This document shows, piece by piece, positions 13,166 to 26,799 of a DNA stretch of 64,000 nt (positions within the stretch are counted from its first letter, which is position 1; every line of letters starts with the position of its first letter). Source of the DNA: Balanoglossus misakiensis (taxonomy: Eukaryota; Animalia; Hemichordata). The notes under the pieces were generated by a model. That model did no database searches, was not told the origin of the DNA, and saw only the letters and a program-made list of their open reading frames with translations. A program made the translations under genes and the position numbers. The DNA lies in the NCBI GenBank assembly GCA_040954595.2, contig CM082579.2:1625908-1689907 (forward strand), given 5' to 3'.

Positions 13166-14388
13166 GAGTATTGGGAAAGCGCGGAATAAAAAAACACAGG
13201 AACGCAACGACTCTAGCTGTGTGACCTTGGCGCATGTCCCTTTTCAGAACTCGTCAGAAAAACGTCGGAGAAGCTGGTTACGCATAAACTTGGGACTGTT
13301 GTCCGTATGGAACTCGCCTCAATAAAACTCGTGTGTCTGTGGTCAATAATTGTAAGCAATTGCGTCTACTTCTGTTACTTTACTTACCGGGGCTTTTTTA
13401 CACAATGGAGCAGAAACTTGTGTTGTGAAGTCGAGTTTTCCGCATTCGTATCTAAAGCCAGGCAACGTGCAGCCACGTGGTCGTCTCCTGTGACTTGACG
13501 GAAATTTCCAGTTCGACGGGGTCCAGGTGGCTTGAACCAGTTAGAAGCGGGCTTTCATCACCGTTTTTTACTCGAATATAAACGTGGTTCTGTTCTTTCA
13601 CTAACAGGATTCTGTGACAAAAAATACAAGACGTTAATAAAAACAAGTCATAACCTTTTCAGTGAATTCTCAATTAAAATGTGTTGCTTTCACAGAGTAA
13701 GACTGAAGGAAACCAACGGTAAAAATGTTTGAGAGGGCGTGCACGCTTCCCCCAAAAGCTAGACCATAATTTAGGATGCCAATATAATTCAAAGTTCAGA
13801 ACGAACGTTAGAAATATCTAGAAAGGCATGGTTCAAATGAAGAAATTCAATTGTTACCAATGACTCGCAAATAATATATCCACCGACCCATCCCTTCTGG
13901 AGAAACTCTGTCGTGTTTTGAACGCCCGCTCACCGTAGAGCTACAACACCGACTAGTATAGTCTAAAAAAACGTGCGTCTCAAGTCGAGTATTGCGAAAC
14001 CGTGGAATAAAACAAAGGGAGCACGACACGAGCGCGTGACTGTGTCGCAATGTCGCATGTCCCTTTTTCAGGGTGAGTCGGAAAACGTCTGAAATGGGGG
14101 TATTGGCTACGCATAAACGTACGACTAACAGTTATCCGTGACTCGCCACAATAACTGAGTAATTGTGTCTACTTAGCTTCTGTTCCTTTACTTACCGTGG
14201 TCTTTTTACAGCAAAATAAACAGCGCAGAAATTTCAAGTTGTTGTGGAGAGGAGTGTTCCGCATCCGCATCAAGACGCAGACTGGCGTGTACTGCGGCGT
14301 GGTCGTCTTTTGCGAAAATGCCCGGATGACTAGATGCAAATTGCCAAGTCGTTGTGGGCCAGGTGGAATGAACCAATCACCAGCGAGC
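13166..14388. repeat. Diverged ~390-bp direct repeat (13166-13552 and 13988-14388)
   Basis: Shared collinear blocks: GGAATAAAA, CGCATGTCCCTTTT, TACGCATAAAC, CTTCTGTT.CTTTACTTACCG, CGTGGTCGTCT, CCAGGTGG..TGAACCA. Confidence 0.8.
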
Positions 14389-16153
14389 TGTATAATTTAT
14401 TTGAAAACTATTGTACTGCTCTGACGTGTCTCAAGTCACGTAGCCCATGGTGATGAAGCTGTTAAAATTTCGGATTGATTTTTTAGTCATATTTTGATGG
14501 ATATTTTACAAACATTAAAGAATTCCACGTCCGTTATGAAACAGTTGGAGTTGATTTGACGCGGGGTCGGGCGCATGGAACGGATGCGGGCATGTGAACA
14601 AAGATTTCACTGACGCCCTCTCGTGGCAAACAAAAGAAATACCAAATCGCAAATCTTGATTTTGTGATAGAAGCAGGGGTCAAAAGTCATTTACCAAATG
14701 ATTGGCCGAAAATTAAACTTCGCAAGGGTGTGGGTCATGGTTAACTTATCACGTTGTATATTTTTCAATGATTCTTTGAAAAGTTCACAAAAATTTCACA
14801 CGAGCAACTCGTTGACGGAATTTGTATTCGTCATAATCATGATGATACGGTTGTCATAAAATAGGCAAATGAAATGTAATTGACTAAACTGATTTTAAAT
14901 TTGCAAATGTATTTAAAGGTACTCATCTTGAACAACACAAGCACAATGTGTATACATCTAGAGTGTATTTGCATGACTATCCAAGCTGTCAGTGTAACAA
15001 AACATTCCACATTGATGGAAACACAATCGTGGGAATCTTTATGCTACCTTTAGCTCCACGTGAATAGCTGCTGTTACAGTAATGGACTGTACACTCGCAT
15101 AAAAATGCCAGACACACTTAGCTGAGCAGCTATGCGACGTTTAACTTTTACGGCGCAGTAAAAATTGCATATAAAAACGCTCGGATAGAGGACCTCTTTT
15201 CGTTTATTTGATTATTTTACTGCGCTGACCGTTCAAATGTCGACCATGTGGCGTTTAATCACCCAGAAACGTTCCTAATGAGTAGACACATATGTAGAAA
15301 TACATCAGTCTTGTTTTTTATAAGATTAAGTATCTGCACACACTTTCATGGTTTACGTTTTGATTACACAGTTGTCTCGATTCGATATTGATATCGCATG
15401 ATATTAGTTCAGCCAAGTGACACTCTCAACTGATTTCAGTTGATAACTGTGCGTTTCTCACACAAGCCACGGTTTTTGTGAAGGCTGCCATCAAACCCAT
15501 CAACTTCGATCGCTGATCTTGTCGCTGCATTGTTTGGGGAAGCAATTACTGGCACGGCATCACACTTGTTTTCTCTCATCCATTTGGCGGACGGCGTTTA
15601 TCTTATTAATTCTCCCCTTTCTTGGTCCGTTGACTCGAAAATAAGAAATGCGAATGGCATGAATAGACGCGAAGAAAATCGTCAGTTCTGACAGAGCGCC
15701 CTCTTGTGGGTCTTGAATGAAAGAATATTCAAAAGCGCCAAAGGTCGCCTTTTTCCAGAGTCCCTATCCGCATCGACGCCTTCTTCCATCAGACTTCTGT
15801 ACGGTTACAAGCTGTGAGCCAAAATAGATGTTGAATCATATATGTTGAAATATTAATATGCTGGTCGTGATAACATCATGAGACAGTTGAATCTTGGGTT
15901 AACAAACTAGCACAGACAATATAAACCCGTGCTGTTTTTCGGCCAGCTGAATCGGTTTGATCAAAGCATGTTAAGTTCTTTTTCAGTAGATGGCAACACT
16001 TGAAAAACCGATGAAGATGACGATGATGTATAAGTTAATCGAAACATAGAACGCAATATACCTATTTGCCTCAGCGGTTTCTCCATACTTTCTGCTACCG
16101 TTGGTGATTCCTTTTAGACTTTGAAATAAAAGTATGAATGCTGACAGTGAGCA

Positions 16154-16295
16154 TAGATATAGATACATAGATACATAGATACATAGATACATACATACAT
16201 ACATACATACATACATACATACATACATACATACATACATACATACATACATACATACATACATACATACATACATACATACATACACACATACA
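16154..16295. repeat. Compound microsatellite (TAGATACA)n(TACA)n
   Basis: Directly visible. Confidence 0.97.
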
Positions 16296-19200
16296 AATGA
16301 ATCGACAGATAAGACGGAGATAATGAGGTCAGTGCAATGACGTGCTAGGCGTTTGTAACACATGTCGTTAATTCTAGAAAATATCCGTCAATGGTTCCGA
16401 CAGGGAATTAATTCAGTGGTTGCAGAGAGCAGTAAAACACGTCAGTTGCTTAGTTGCCCAGTAGGAACAAGCTGAACAGCTGTTGCAAATCTATTTTTGA
16501 TTTTCTGATTTCTGATTCAGCGCTGATTTGGGTAATTTTCATCGACATTTTACCGTTGCGGTGTCAATTGGCAGATTTGTGTGACGCAAGATGTTTGGAA
16601 CATTGAAAGTCGGCGATCTCATTAGCAATAACAATCCTACTCTCCGACGGAATTTTGTCGATTTGAATGGAAATGCAATTGTAAAGCAAGCTGTTACTGA
16701 TTCTAGCCTGCTAGACCAGGTATTACATTCCATATATTCCCAAATCAGGATATCGGATTAAGCATTATAAGCTCGTTGATATCACAATATTTGATCAAGT
16801 CATATTGAAACGAGATGTCACCGTGGTCGGTGTCCCTGTATAACCCTATCGAATATCCTTCCCCCAAACACTTCGAAAGAGGTGCCCCTTTTAGTTTACT
16901 ACATCATATTGCTTATGAATATTGAGGAGACATCTCTAAGTGTTAAATAATTGTTGCAAGTCTCATTGTACTTGACAGTATGCCTGTCTTCTCTCGCCAT
17001 GATCCTTGACCCTCGTGGTGTAGCCTCAGCTGACAGAAATAAACCATGGACTGTTCGGAGTGACATATCCATAACTACAATACTGCCAGCGAGAAATCAA
17101 ATAAACAAAATTCTTAACTAACATTTCATACATTTTCAAGGACGATAACGAGTTTTGGATTCTGCTCTTGGGTATCTTTAATGAGCGATTCAAACTTTTA
17201 CGATCAATAGTTCGACCTATCCGTGTAAAGTGCGTACAATATACACTTTTCTTGCTCAGGACTTCGTAATCGTGATTTACAAATACTACTCTTAGTGCCC
17301 TACTTTTAACGCATGTAGATGCTTATTACCAACTTTGACATTTTCTACTGGCCCTTGTCAGGCTCGATAATTCGTCACAGATGCGACACAGACGCATAAT
17401 TCAAAATAATCGTGCGTGAGATATGACGACACACGAAAGCCATATACAAAGACAACACACGATTCGCTGTTACTGCGTTCCACGAAAATGTAAACTCGCA
17501 GAAAATCAGTGAACGATACAATAAAATATTACTGCTATTATACCGCCTACTCAACACATTTCATAATTTCTTCTTTTCCACTACAAAGATTTTCAGGGCA
17601 AACGAGTCAACAGACAGAACCAAAGACATTCCTTTTGCAAACAGTGGAAGACAGACGGCGCCAACTTCAAAGACTCTATGGTGAATAGAGCGTTCAATAT
17701 CTCCATAGAGAGCCGCCGGGCGAATACCATTAAAGACGGGGTAAGTTTCAATAAATCGTGCCGTAAAAGCGAATACCAATTGTTTTTCTATTACTCGATA
17801 AGTATATTTGTCTTTCATATTGCCCCAATTTGTAGAAAATCGAAATCTTGTTCGCGTGCACGTTATTCATTACACGATCGAAGAACGGCCAATTTTGATA
17901 TTTGTATTATAACTATCCCTGGGTGTATTTTCCAAATAACATAGATTGATTTTTCGTTTCATCCTCGCGGTATCATGGACGACAGTTGTGCGGAGAATAT
18001 GTCTGCAGGCAATCCTGCTTAAGATGCTGTGACAGACAGTTCATTAAACTTTCGCAAAAAGAAAACGATAAAAACAGCAAAGACGTATTATTCCATCGAG
18101 CTGAACCAAAGCTTAAGAACGGAGTAAACGGAGTCGATTGATATGGGATTGTGTGGCCGTCAGATTTTCAATATTTAAAATCAGAATATTTCAGTCGAGA
18201 TCAGAAACGATTGATTTACGTCATATACCTGATAGGTCACCATGTTAGTCCACTGAGATCAGTGATACCGGTCGGAAAATAGGCCCGCTCTATTTTTTCT
18301 CATTTCAATCAAAACTATTAATATTTCGGACCCACATCAATACACACGGGAGATAACTTTACATGATCTCATAGTGAATAGTATATTGGCGCCACAATCA
18401 GTATAATCCTGAATGCAGCTGGGCTACCCGCATGGTTATGTGCACGTGACTATCTCTCTCGTAGTGAGGATGAAATTTTCTCTTTCTGTTTACACAACAA
18501 CGAATATTGATCGTTATCGATCACGTGATGGCATTTACAGGTAGCATTTTCGGCGATGGTTGGCAAATGTGACGAATATTAACGAGGACAACGTAAATCT
18601 ACGTGCGTTTTGATATTTCGCAGAGATAGGCCTTGTGGGCTTTAGATGCAAGTTCTAATTTATAGGGACTGAATGCAAATTCGAACTTTACTTAATTACA
18701 AGCAGGTAAGTCCAGAAGGTACGTATGTTTTTAATAATTCCCCTGCTTTGAGTTGCTGCGTATCTTTACAAAAAAAAACAGTAAAGGTTTACTCCCCACA
18801 TTGTTAATAATAATGCTATTGTCACAGAGTGCCAGTATTTGTTATTCTGCTTTTAGCACAAAACATATGTGGTTCATGTATGTACAGTACAGTTTCTATC
18901 TTCCAATCAAGAGCCTTGGAACATTTATGAGGGGGTCATTACAGCGGCTGTGCTCAAATATGGAGATCCTAATATCTTTCTATCTCTACGCTAAATATTT
19001 TGTCACGCGTCTAAATGAAAATAAATAAAAACGTGCCGAGTCATTAACAGCTTGGGCGCCAATCCATGTGTTATGTCAACTTGTAAAAGTCTGTTGATCT
19101 AACAGATATAGGCGTAGAAATAAAAACAGTGGTTGCCATTTTACAGGACGTACATTGTGTCTATACATGGTTACTGGTCATTTTCAATGCATATCATGTA

Positions 19201-19393
19201 AATATGGGATAGATGGCACAAAATGTTTCTTTTCGAAATAAATGAGGGTTTAATCTGTCTCCTAGCTACAAGGTCCACAATCGCATATTTATCCAAAGTA
19301 TTAAAAGTACGCTTGTAAATATAATTCACCAAGGAAGATATGGATTTTTTGAGCAAATGATGGAGAAATGTGATTCACTCTTCAGGAGGATCC

Positions 19394-20318
19394 TGAGACG
19401 GAAACTCTTATCCAATCAGAATGAACTTTGCTTTCCCGCGAAACTTACACATGTAGCAGATTTATTGTAATTAAGAGCGTTTACTCCGGCGTTCGTGACG
19501 CCCGTTTATATGTGCTTCCCGGGCCCGGGTTAGCTCTCTCTCTCTGATGTCTGTTGCATTGTAAGGATCTCACTCTATCCAGCTTGTGGTGTTACTTCGT
19601 TACATGTGGATTCAGATGGTAATAAACCAGTGTTTTACCTAGCTCTGAATCGTTCGCTTCATCGCATCGCATCCTTCATCAAGAAAAACAAGTCAGAGAT
19701 ATTCGGACACGGAAAGCAGCCTTAGCAACGCTACTCCTCGTAAAACGGTAACTCGATCTACCGAGTCTCCAACTGCGTCGAGTTTCTTCGACGTATTCAA
19801 GTCTTCGATTCATTCGGACACTAGTTAAGATAACATTCAGAAGTTCAGGAGTGTAGTCAAAGATGAAGCAGCGAGACCAATCACCAGATTGCCAACCGGT
19901 GATGTACAAAGTTTAATCCATTTCTACGACTCCGACACGCGATTGAAAATCACGTTCGAGGTCTCCAGTCACTAGGTAAGGAGGAAACCACTTATGAATC
20001 ATTAGATTCGTGCTTTTGTAGTTTTTTCTGGTGTATTTTCTGATGATTTTCAAGTCTTTCCTTTGCACCGGGGAAGACGGAAACTCTTAGCCAATCAGAA
20101 TGTAGCAGATTTATGGTAATTTACAGTGTTTACCATAGCGTTCATGGCGCCTATATTTAACCCGGTTTTCTGTGCTTTTCGGGTTAGGTCACTCACTCTA
20201 GCTTTAAGCAAGCAGCTCACTCTCTAATCTTTTTATTGTAAGGAGCCCACTCTCTCCAGCTTGTGGTGTTACTTTGTTATGGTTGGATTTAGATGGTAAT
20301 AAACCAGTGTTTTACCTA
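19394..20318 (+). mobile_element. Internally deleted LTR retroelement relic (LTR-like 19394-19678 and 20075-20318)
   Basis: Two diverged direct repeats share GACGGAAACTCTTA.CCAATCAGAATG, CCAGCTTGTGGTGTTACTT and AGATGGTAATAAACCAGTGTTTTACCTA. First copy runs TG...CA with CCAAT and AATAAA. Purine tract CCGGGGAAGA lies at the start of the second copy. Confidence 0.6.
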
Positions 20319-23300
20319 CCATTCAAGTACACTTGAGCCCCCCCCCCCCCCCCCCCCAGGAGTATAGATCACTGCCAAGATACTGGGATCATACTCCCCC
20401 ACACAATTTGCAACAAATGGCAATCTACCCCACGAGGTTCTTGTCTTGTTTTACTGACATGATATTGTCATTCATCGCAAGTGTCCTTATTGACATTGAG
20501 GTCAGTTTGGTATATGATCATAGTAATTAATCTAGATGAACATAAAGATTAAAGTGTTCTAAATGATGATTGTATAGAGCATTCAGCCGCGAAATCAGGT
20601 CACTTAACTTGACATCATTTTTGAAACTCCAACTCCAGAAATATATCAAGTCACCCTTTCAAATGTCTCTGAAGCTCTAGGCATTTAATGCAAACAGATC
20701 CTCGAGTGCAACACTGTCTATTGAGTGCCATGCAAAGTCTCAATCGTCAAACTCGATGGGTTGTACAGTTGAAGCAAATTCACCTCAGGGTTTCCTTCAT
20801 TTATCTGCAGGTTCAGCCAATTGCTTTCATTGAATTTAGTCTGAATTGAAATTTTCACAATGTCTCCCTATACTGGCATTTATAGCGCTATAAGTGTAAC
20901 CGTGTCTCTGAAAAAAAAAAATCCTACATCAAAAGAAAGAAAAAATATTGAATGATTTTTTGCATATTCATCAAACCTATGTTAGAGCCATAGTCCCTGA
21001 CTGACTTATTCTTGATTTAGGCCAGAGTTTAAAATTGTTCCTCAGTCCATCTGTTTTTTTTTTAATTTTATTTTTCCAAATAAATGTACTGCACTTTATT
21101 TTCCTTTGCTCTGTCTGCGACTTTTCTGTCCTGATAAATTACAGAAAAGTGCCCTCCGCTTAGCTCTGTTGCTTGACGGAAAATAACGAGAAACAATAAT
21201 CTTTTTCTTTGTGGCCTTACTGCACAGATGATATGCTAGATTTGTACACAAGTTTTCCTGAAGTGCTAATTAATCGATTTGTCAAGTGGTGAAATAAATT
21301 ACTCTTGTCTTTTCATGTGTAATGCCGCATGTACATATACTAGACAGTTATCTGTTTCTATGACGATGTTCGGAATGCTCGCTGGAAACGCTCACTCAAA
21401 AACAATGCGATGATCATGACGAGATAGACAAGAGTGAGATTGTGATGTTCCCCACACTCAGCAATGGTATGAGGTTTTATAGCCTAGTCTTCATACCCAG
21501 TGTGTTTTAGATAGACTCGCACACAAGGGTCTGGCCTCCCTTATAAAAAACCTTATTGATGGTGTACTATTTGCATTGGCGGAGACTGTTCTATAAGTTT
21601 CACTCATTCATTTCACTGACACACGCTGGCAAGCAATGCAAGCAAAGTACATGTGGCTACCCCCTTGCACTGCTGTACAGCATTGTAGCGAATCATCGTT
21701 GTGCCAGGGTACAACCCATTGTCAGCAAAAGTAATCCACTCACTTTTTTATATAAATGAGCGTATATCAATACTTTACGAAATTGCTGGTACCAAAAGCG
21801 CTGCCAGCCACTGAAACGACCGACATTTCACTGATACAACTGAATGACATATTTATAGCGATAATATGTCTGGCTAGGAATTAACAGAGACTACTTTGGT
21901 GAAATTGAGATGAAACCAAGATTACATGCTGCTCAACACCTAATTAGCGCCGTGAATATTCATCTTGCCTGAGTACACCAATATCCCGTTGTGACGCCAT
22001 TATTGTCAGTCCGCAGGTCGATTCACAAACAGAAAATAATACTTTTTGAGGAATTCAAAACCGCAGTTAGGCGGACACTTTATGGTATTGTATTGCGGCA
22101 CTACAAATGGAAAATATATTCCTGAAAGCATTTTTCTCTTTGTTAAAAGCAGTTCTTCTTGTCGGATTTTTTTTATGAAACCCAGACTTCCATTTACTGT
22201 AGATTTAAGAGGATGGAATACACGCTGACACAATCGTTCTGTGTGTCCCCCTTCCCATTTCTCTCCTACGACAACCTTTGATGGAAAGAACATTTCCGCC
22301 CCGATTCTCATCAAATGATAGTGTGGTTACCAGAATCACGGGCGCAACTATTCACATACATTCAAATCATTTTTCAGAAGCGAAGTATAGATATCAAAAC
22401 GTATCTTGTAGACTCATATAGGGGAATACCACAACGTGCGCAGTCAAGCATATTTCATCTTTGCTAAGAGTGTTTTTTTGCTTAAATTAAAAAGCAATAA
22501 ATCTTCAGCGGCAATATTTGCGTGACAAGAAGGTCAGTTTTATCCTTGCAGTGTCACGAATCATCCCACTTTGTGGAATTAGAGTCGTGATGTAACTTCA
22601 AATACTGACAAAACGCGACATCACGTGACGGAGACCCCTCATCACCTCAACTGGAATTACACACCTGATTGCAATAAAGTGGCAAGATTACCAAACTTCC
22701 CGGAACTTTTTCGTGTCCAAGCGACGGCATTCCATGTGTCTTAAACACTCAGTTTCACTCGTTTCTGAACAAAATTTCTACTGCGCATGATTGGTGCAGT
22801 GAACCAAGCCCCCAATTATGTCAGTGGCAGATCGAAATCGATTTTTGTCATTGATCCTTGTCGCCTCCAATATTCCCGTCATGCTGAAGTGTTAACGAGC
22901 TCACATCAGGGTCATCATCATCATCTTCATAAACTCCTTGGGAAAAAAACGACTCATGCTCAAAGCCCTATTCGCCGAAAAATATAATCGACTGCCTTTC
23001 TTTCAAGAGATCGGATTTCCATGTTGTCCATTTTCTCCCCCAAAACAAGTACATGTAGTGCACATAGACTTTCTGCTGTTTGAGAGCTTTGTCAGTGCGA
23101 ATGTGCCGGTTATTTATTTCTAAACGAGAACGCAAAACCCTACTTTGAAGGCACCAGATTGTCTTAAATCTGCAGAACTACAGAATCATGCCACTACGTC
23201 ATCAAAGAGTTTGTGGAAGTAGGCAACATCATTTGTCTTCATGATGGTCTTTGAAATAGGAGCATTAATCTAACCAAGTTTATTATCTATCAGAATTAGG

Positions 23301-25449
23301 CGCGGTGATCATTACCATCTAGTGAAAGAAGCGCAGGAGGATAGTTTGCCGCGAAACACCTGATGGGAAGAGCAGTACGTTCATTTAAATCTCGGAAACT
23401 TCAAAATCAAACCGCCTTTTTTATACTCCTTGCCTTCGGATTATTGCATTCGCCCTCCGACCCCAAATCACTGCGTCTCATACTGCTTTGATTTATACCT
23501 TCGACATTCTACGCAATCATAAGGGAATCGTCTGTAGTAATTACGAATTGTGTTTATTGGTAATGCGGAAGATGTAAGCCATTTGGTAAAGATTGCTTTA
23601 GATCTACCCGTGGATCACTGGCTTGGTTATTTTGAGTTTTGCTCATTTCTATGTGTGGACAAAATTGGAGAGTTGGACTCAATTTTCAGACAGAGAGATA
23701 CGTGGAATTATGATCTACAACAAATGGGGATAATCATTAACTTCTTTTCTTTTCTAAACACATGCCACCTTGGCTCCATGCTTCCCAACTATGCACTGCA
23801 GGGTCACCAATGATTATCCGGGAATGTTATGCACACTGCTGTTATCCCTACGTGCTTGGGTTACAGCTGGCTCTTTCAATGTGATTTATGTTATGTTACG
23901 TGATTTCCGAACACAGTCGGGTGAAAGTTATGTCGACAAGCGGATTGGAATTATGATTCGATATAAGATAAGGCACGTGTTTGTTTAATGTACCGGTCTG
24001 TGATACCCGTACATACCACAAGGCTGATATAGCAAGATCGGTTGTCGGACTGCATTGGTGTCGAATAATGGAAACTCTGTTAACCTGTGATCTTGCGATG
24101 AAATGGACGCTGATTCCCTTTCGGTGAGATGTACGACCAGAAACGGATGTGTGGTTTATGGATCTGTGGGACCCCCTTAGCTGTGCATCTTTTCTACTGT
24201 TGGATTACTATCCGTACATCCGTGTGGGAAATATTGGGAAATATGCAATGCACAGTAAACCCTTTGTTTCCGTTTTGTTTCCAAATAAAAATTTCCGTGC
24301 CCAGAAAGGTCTACTCTGTTTATTTCTATGGAAGTGCCTACGTCAAGAAATATGGGTCTTTGACAAAAAAATATTTGATGCATAGATTTGTTATCCACTA
24401 TCCCCCTCAGTTAATTGTTTTGCTGGGGTTATTATTAGACAATCCAACCACCTGTTGTGTGTAGCCCATGGCAAAATTACGTGATTGAAAAGTGTAATTT
24501 CAAGTGTTAATGCCTTCTTCATCCATAAATGCCTTTGTTAGACCCTTTTCAATTAAATTATAACGATTACATATACCGGTATATAGCTACACTAATCTTC
24601 AATGCGATGTACGTGATTGGCCTTTCACACCCAGAAACGTTACCGTCTGTCATTAAACGTTTTCAAACGAACGCAAAGGCTCTGGTGGGTGGGTAATAGG
24701 ATACTGTGATGTTCTCCGGAAGTCAATCACAGATAGTCATTACAGCTGCAGCAGACTTATTTACCACAACGCTACAGAGATTGCCTTGACCATAACCTTG
24801 CCCAGTCATTTGAAGATCAGTGTGAGTGTCTTCAAGGGTACGCCCAACATGTTATATGCAGATTCACTTATAACCATGCCATATGCAGTGGTTTATCATC
24901 TCAGATGGTTGCATGTTTGAATTTGCATGGTGTAACTTCGTGCGTATACCAGCACAAGTAACCATGCTTTGGAATATTACCTTAATCCATGAAATAAAAC
25001 AATGAATGGTCTGAAAGAAAATAAACAGAGAGACATCGGATGACTGTGTTTTAACTGGAGTTGAATGACACAGTTTCACCTCGAGGTCATTGGAGAAGTG
25101 CTAGGGGAAATTAATTGAGATTCCCAGGTACAACGGCACTTACAATTCAGCTAACTACATAGCTCAGTCCTGAAAATGAACAATATGGGCAAGAGTGGTT
25201 GCGTAGTCGTGACGTTACCATGAAAACCGCAAAGCATAGTAAATTTTACCGCATCCTTGGGAGGTGTAAATTTTTGCGTTTTGACGGCGACTGTTTGACA
25301 GGGAGGGTCTCATTTCTCCACTTGACATGTTGGAATGGTAGAAATGACCCTTTCGTGCTTTCAGAATCAACTTAACATGACCACTTGCATCATTCATTTG
25401 GGTCGTTAAAGTTTTAAGTTGACACAAGAAACAAGGAATAGGGATTGAT

Positions 25450-25810
25450 CGCTCTCACTTTTCATCGCCAGAAGAGGAATCCTTGAAATGACTGATAAGA
25501 AAGCATCTCCTACATATTTATTATTGTGCAATGAACCATTCTGACGACTATGTTGGTTTCTGCAGAAATGTAGCCCGAAGCAGTGAAGGAATGTAATGCC
25601 CATTCCAAAATTTATCTTCAAACAAATGTTGCAGCTCGACGCCCGTATTTCGCAACAGACATCAATTAAAGTCCTGTAATGGACGTAACTCAATGCAATG
25701 CACGATTCGACTGGGAGATGTTCATTTAAATGGATGCCATATGATATAATGGGGGTTGAATGAACGCGCATTCTCTATAGTCTTTAGGGAGGTTTCAGGT
25801 ATTATGTTGG
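25450..25810 (-). mobile_element. Degenerate CR1/L2-like LINE ORF2 fragment
   Basis: Frameshifted PETSLKTI.NA.FIQP..YGIHL resembles the post-RT LxxxYxxxIxPxLxY motif. Confidence 0.3.
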
Positions 25811-26799
25811 GCGGGGGTGGTCATACGGGAATACATCAGAATGTGTCGATTACATTAGGCCAAAGGTATACACACGCCAGAACAGACTGACTGAGAGTTC
25901 TCCGCTGTCCTTAGTCTATGTACAAGTACCCGATCATAATAATCTCGCTAATTTGTTTTTATCATTACAGTCACAGCTGTCATGAGTGATGCGCCTACAA
26001 TTCGTGTGACAGTGTTAGTGTTACTGAGGCTTTCCCGCCAACTGGCACGTTCCAGTCAGCGAGTTCGATAAACAACACGTATACCATTGTTTAATTTGTT
26101 CATGAAATCCATATGTAATAGAGAGATGTGGATCATTAAAAATTGACGAGAGTGTGATTCTTAGAGAAAAATATGTCATGGTCAAGGGCATTGCATTCTG
26201 GTCGATTTGTGTGCATGTTTCTGTTTGCTAATGATGTTTTTTTAAGTCAGATTCCAGCTTCTTCTATGGGTCTGCAGAAGTTTGTGAGGGTGCGCAGTTC
26301 AATGTTTTGATACAGGAACACTTGCATAAACTTAATGTAAACTACAGGTTTAAGTCAGTGAACAACGAAAGTTGATGCCAAACGCATGCAAAAATCCTAG
26401 CACTATTACAGCACACTCGTGTTTTGAAATAGATTAATGGGGCTATATCTCGAAGCATTGTGCGCATTAACTGGATTAAAGTAGAATTAGTCCGATGACT
26501 AATTAAATTACCTGCATGTTGAATATATTAACATTTTTGGCAAATCTTTTATAATCTGACAAGCGTGAAATGTGACAATAAGTGTGTCAACACCCTGAAA
26601 CGAAACTACGAGTATTCCGAAAAATAAGGACATTCAAACCTGTCTTTGATAGCATAGTAAAAACTAGGACAAAGTGGCCATTGCTAGCAGCTTTCACGGA
26701 ATCAATCGAAGAACAACAAACCACTAATTATAGTCTTCATTCGTGTTGGTATTTCTCGGACTTAACATCCCGGGGCAAGATAACAAAGTGCCACCCCCG

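Larger units (their letters stand above)
1390..14388 (-). pseudogene. Decayed multi-exon G2E3-like HECT E3 ligase gene relic with two UBZ4-like exons, interrupted by satellite arrays
   Basis: Frameshifted minus-strand fragments lie in the order expected for this family. N-terminal TTWLH..CLA motif ends at a GTAAGT donor (13388-13550; diverged copy 14196-14388). Two AG..GTAAG-bounded exons at 4771-4838 (CHIDVPQILPASMMAAHMDMCE) and 4416-4484 (CPIDDSQMF-PARKIDAHLEMWE after a 1-nt shift). RYKCYVDVISVF near 3870-3900. GTKDH..PNTEAV..IAGLISEQSVL.GASF at about 1870-2000. Recognised by motif memory only. Confidence 0.45.

Noticed and set aside
15983-16363. MYVC-repeat ORFs
   Set aside because: They are translations of the (TACA)n microsatellite.
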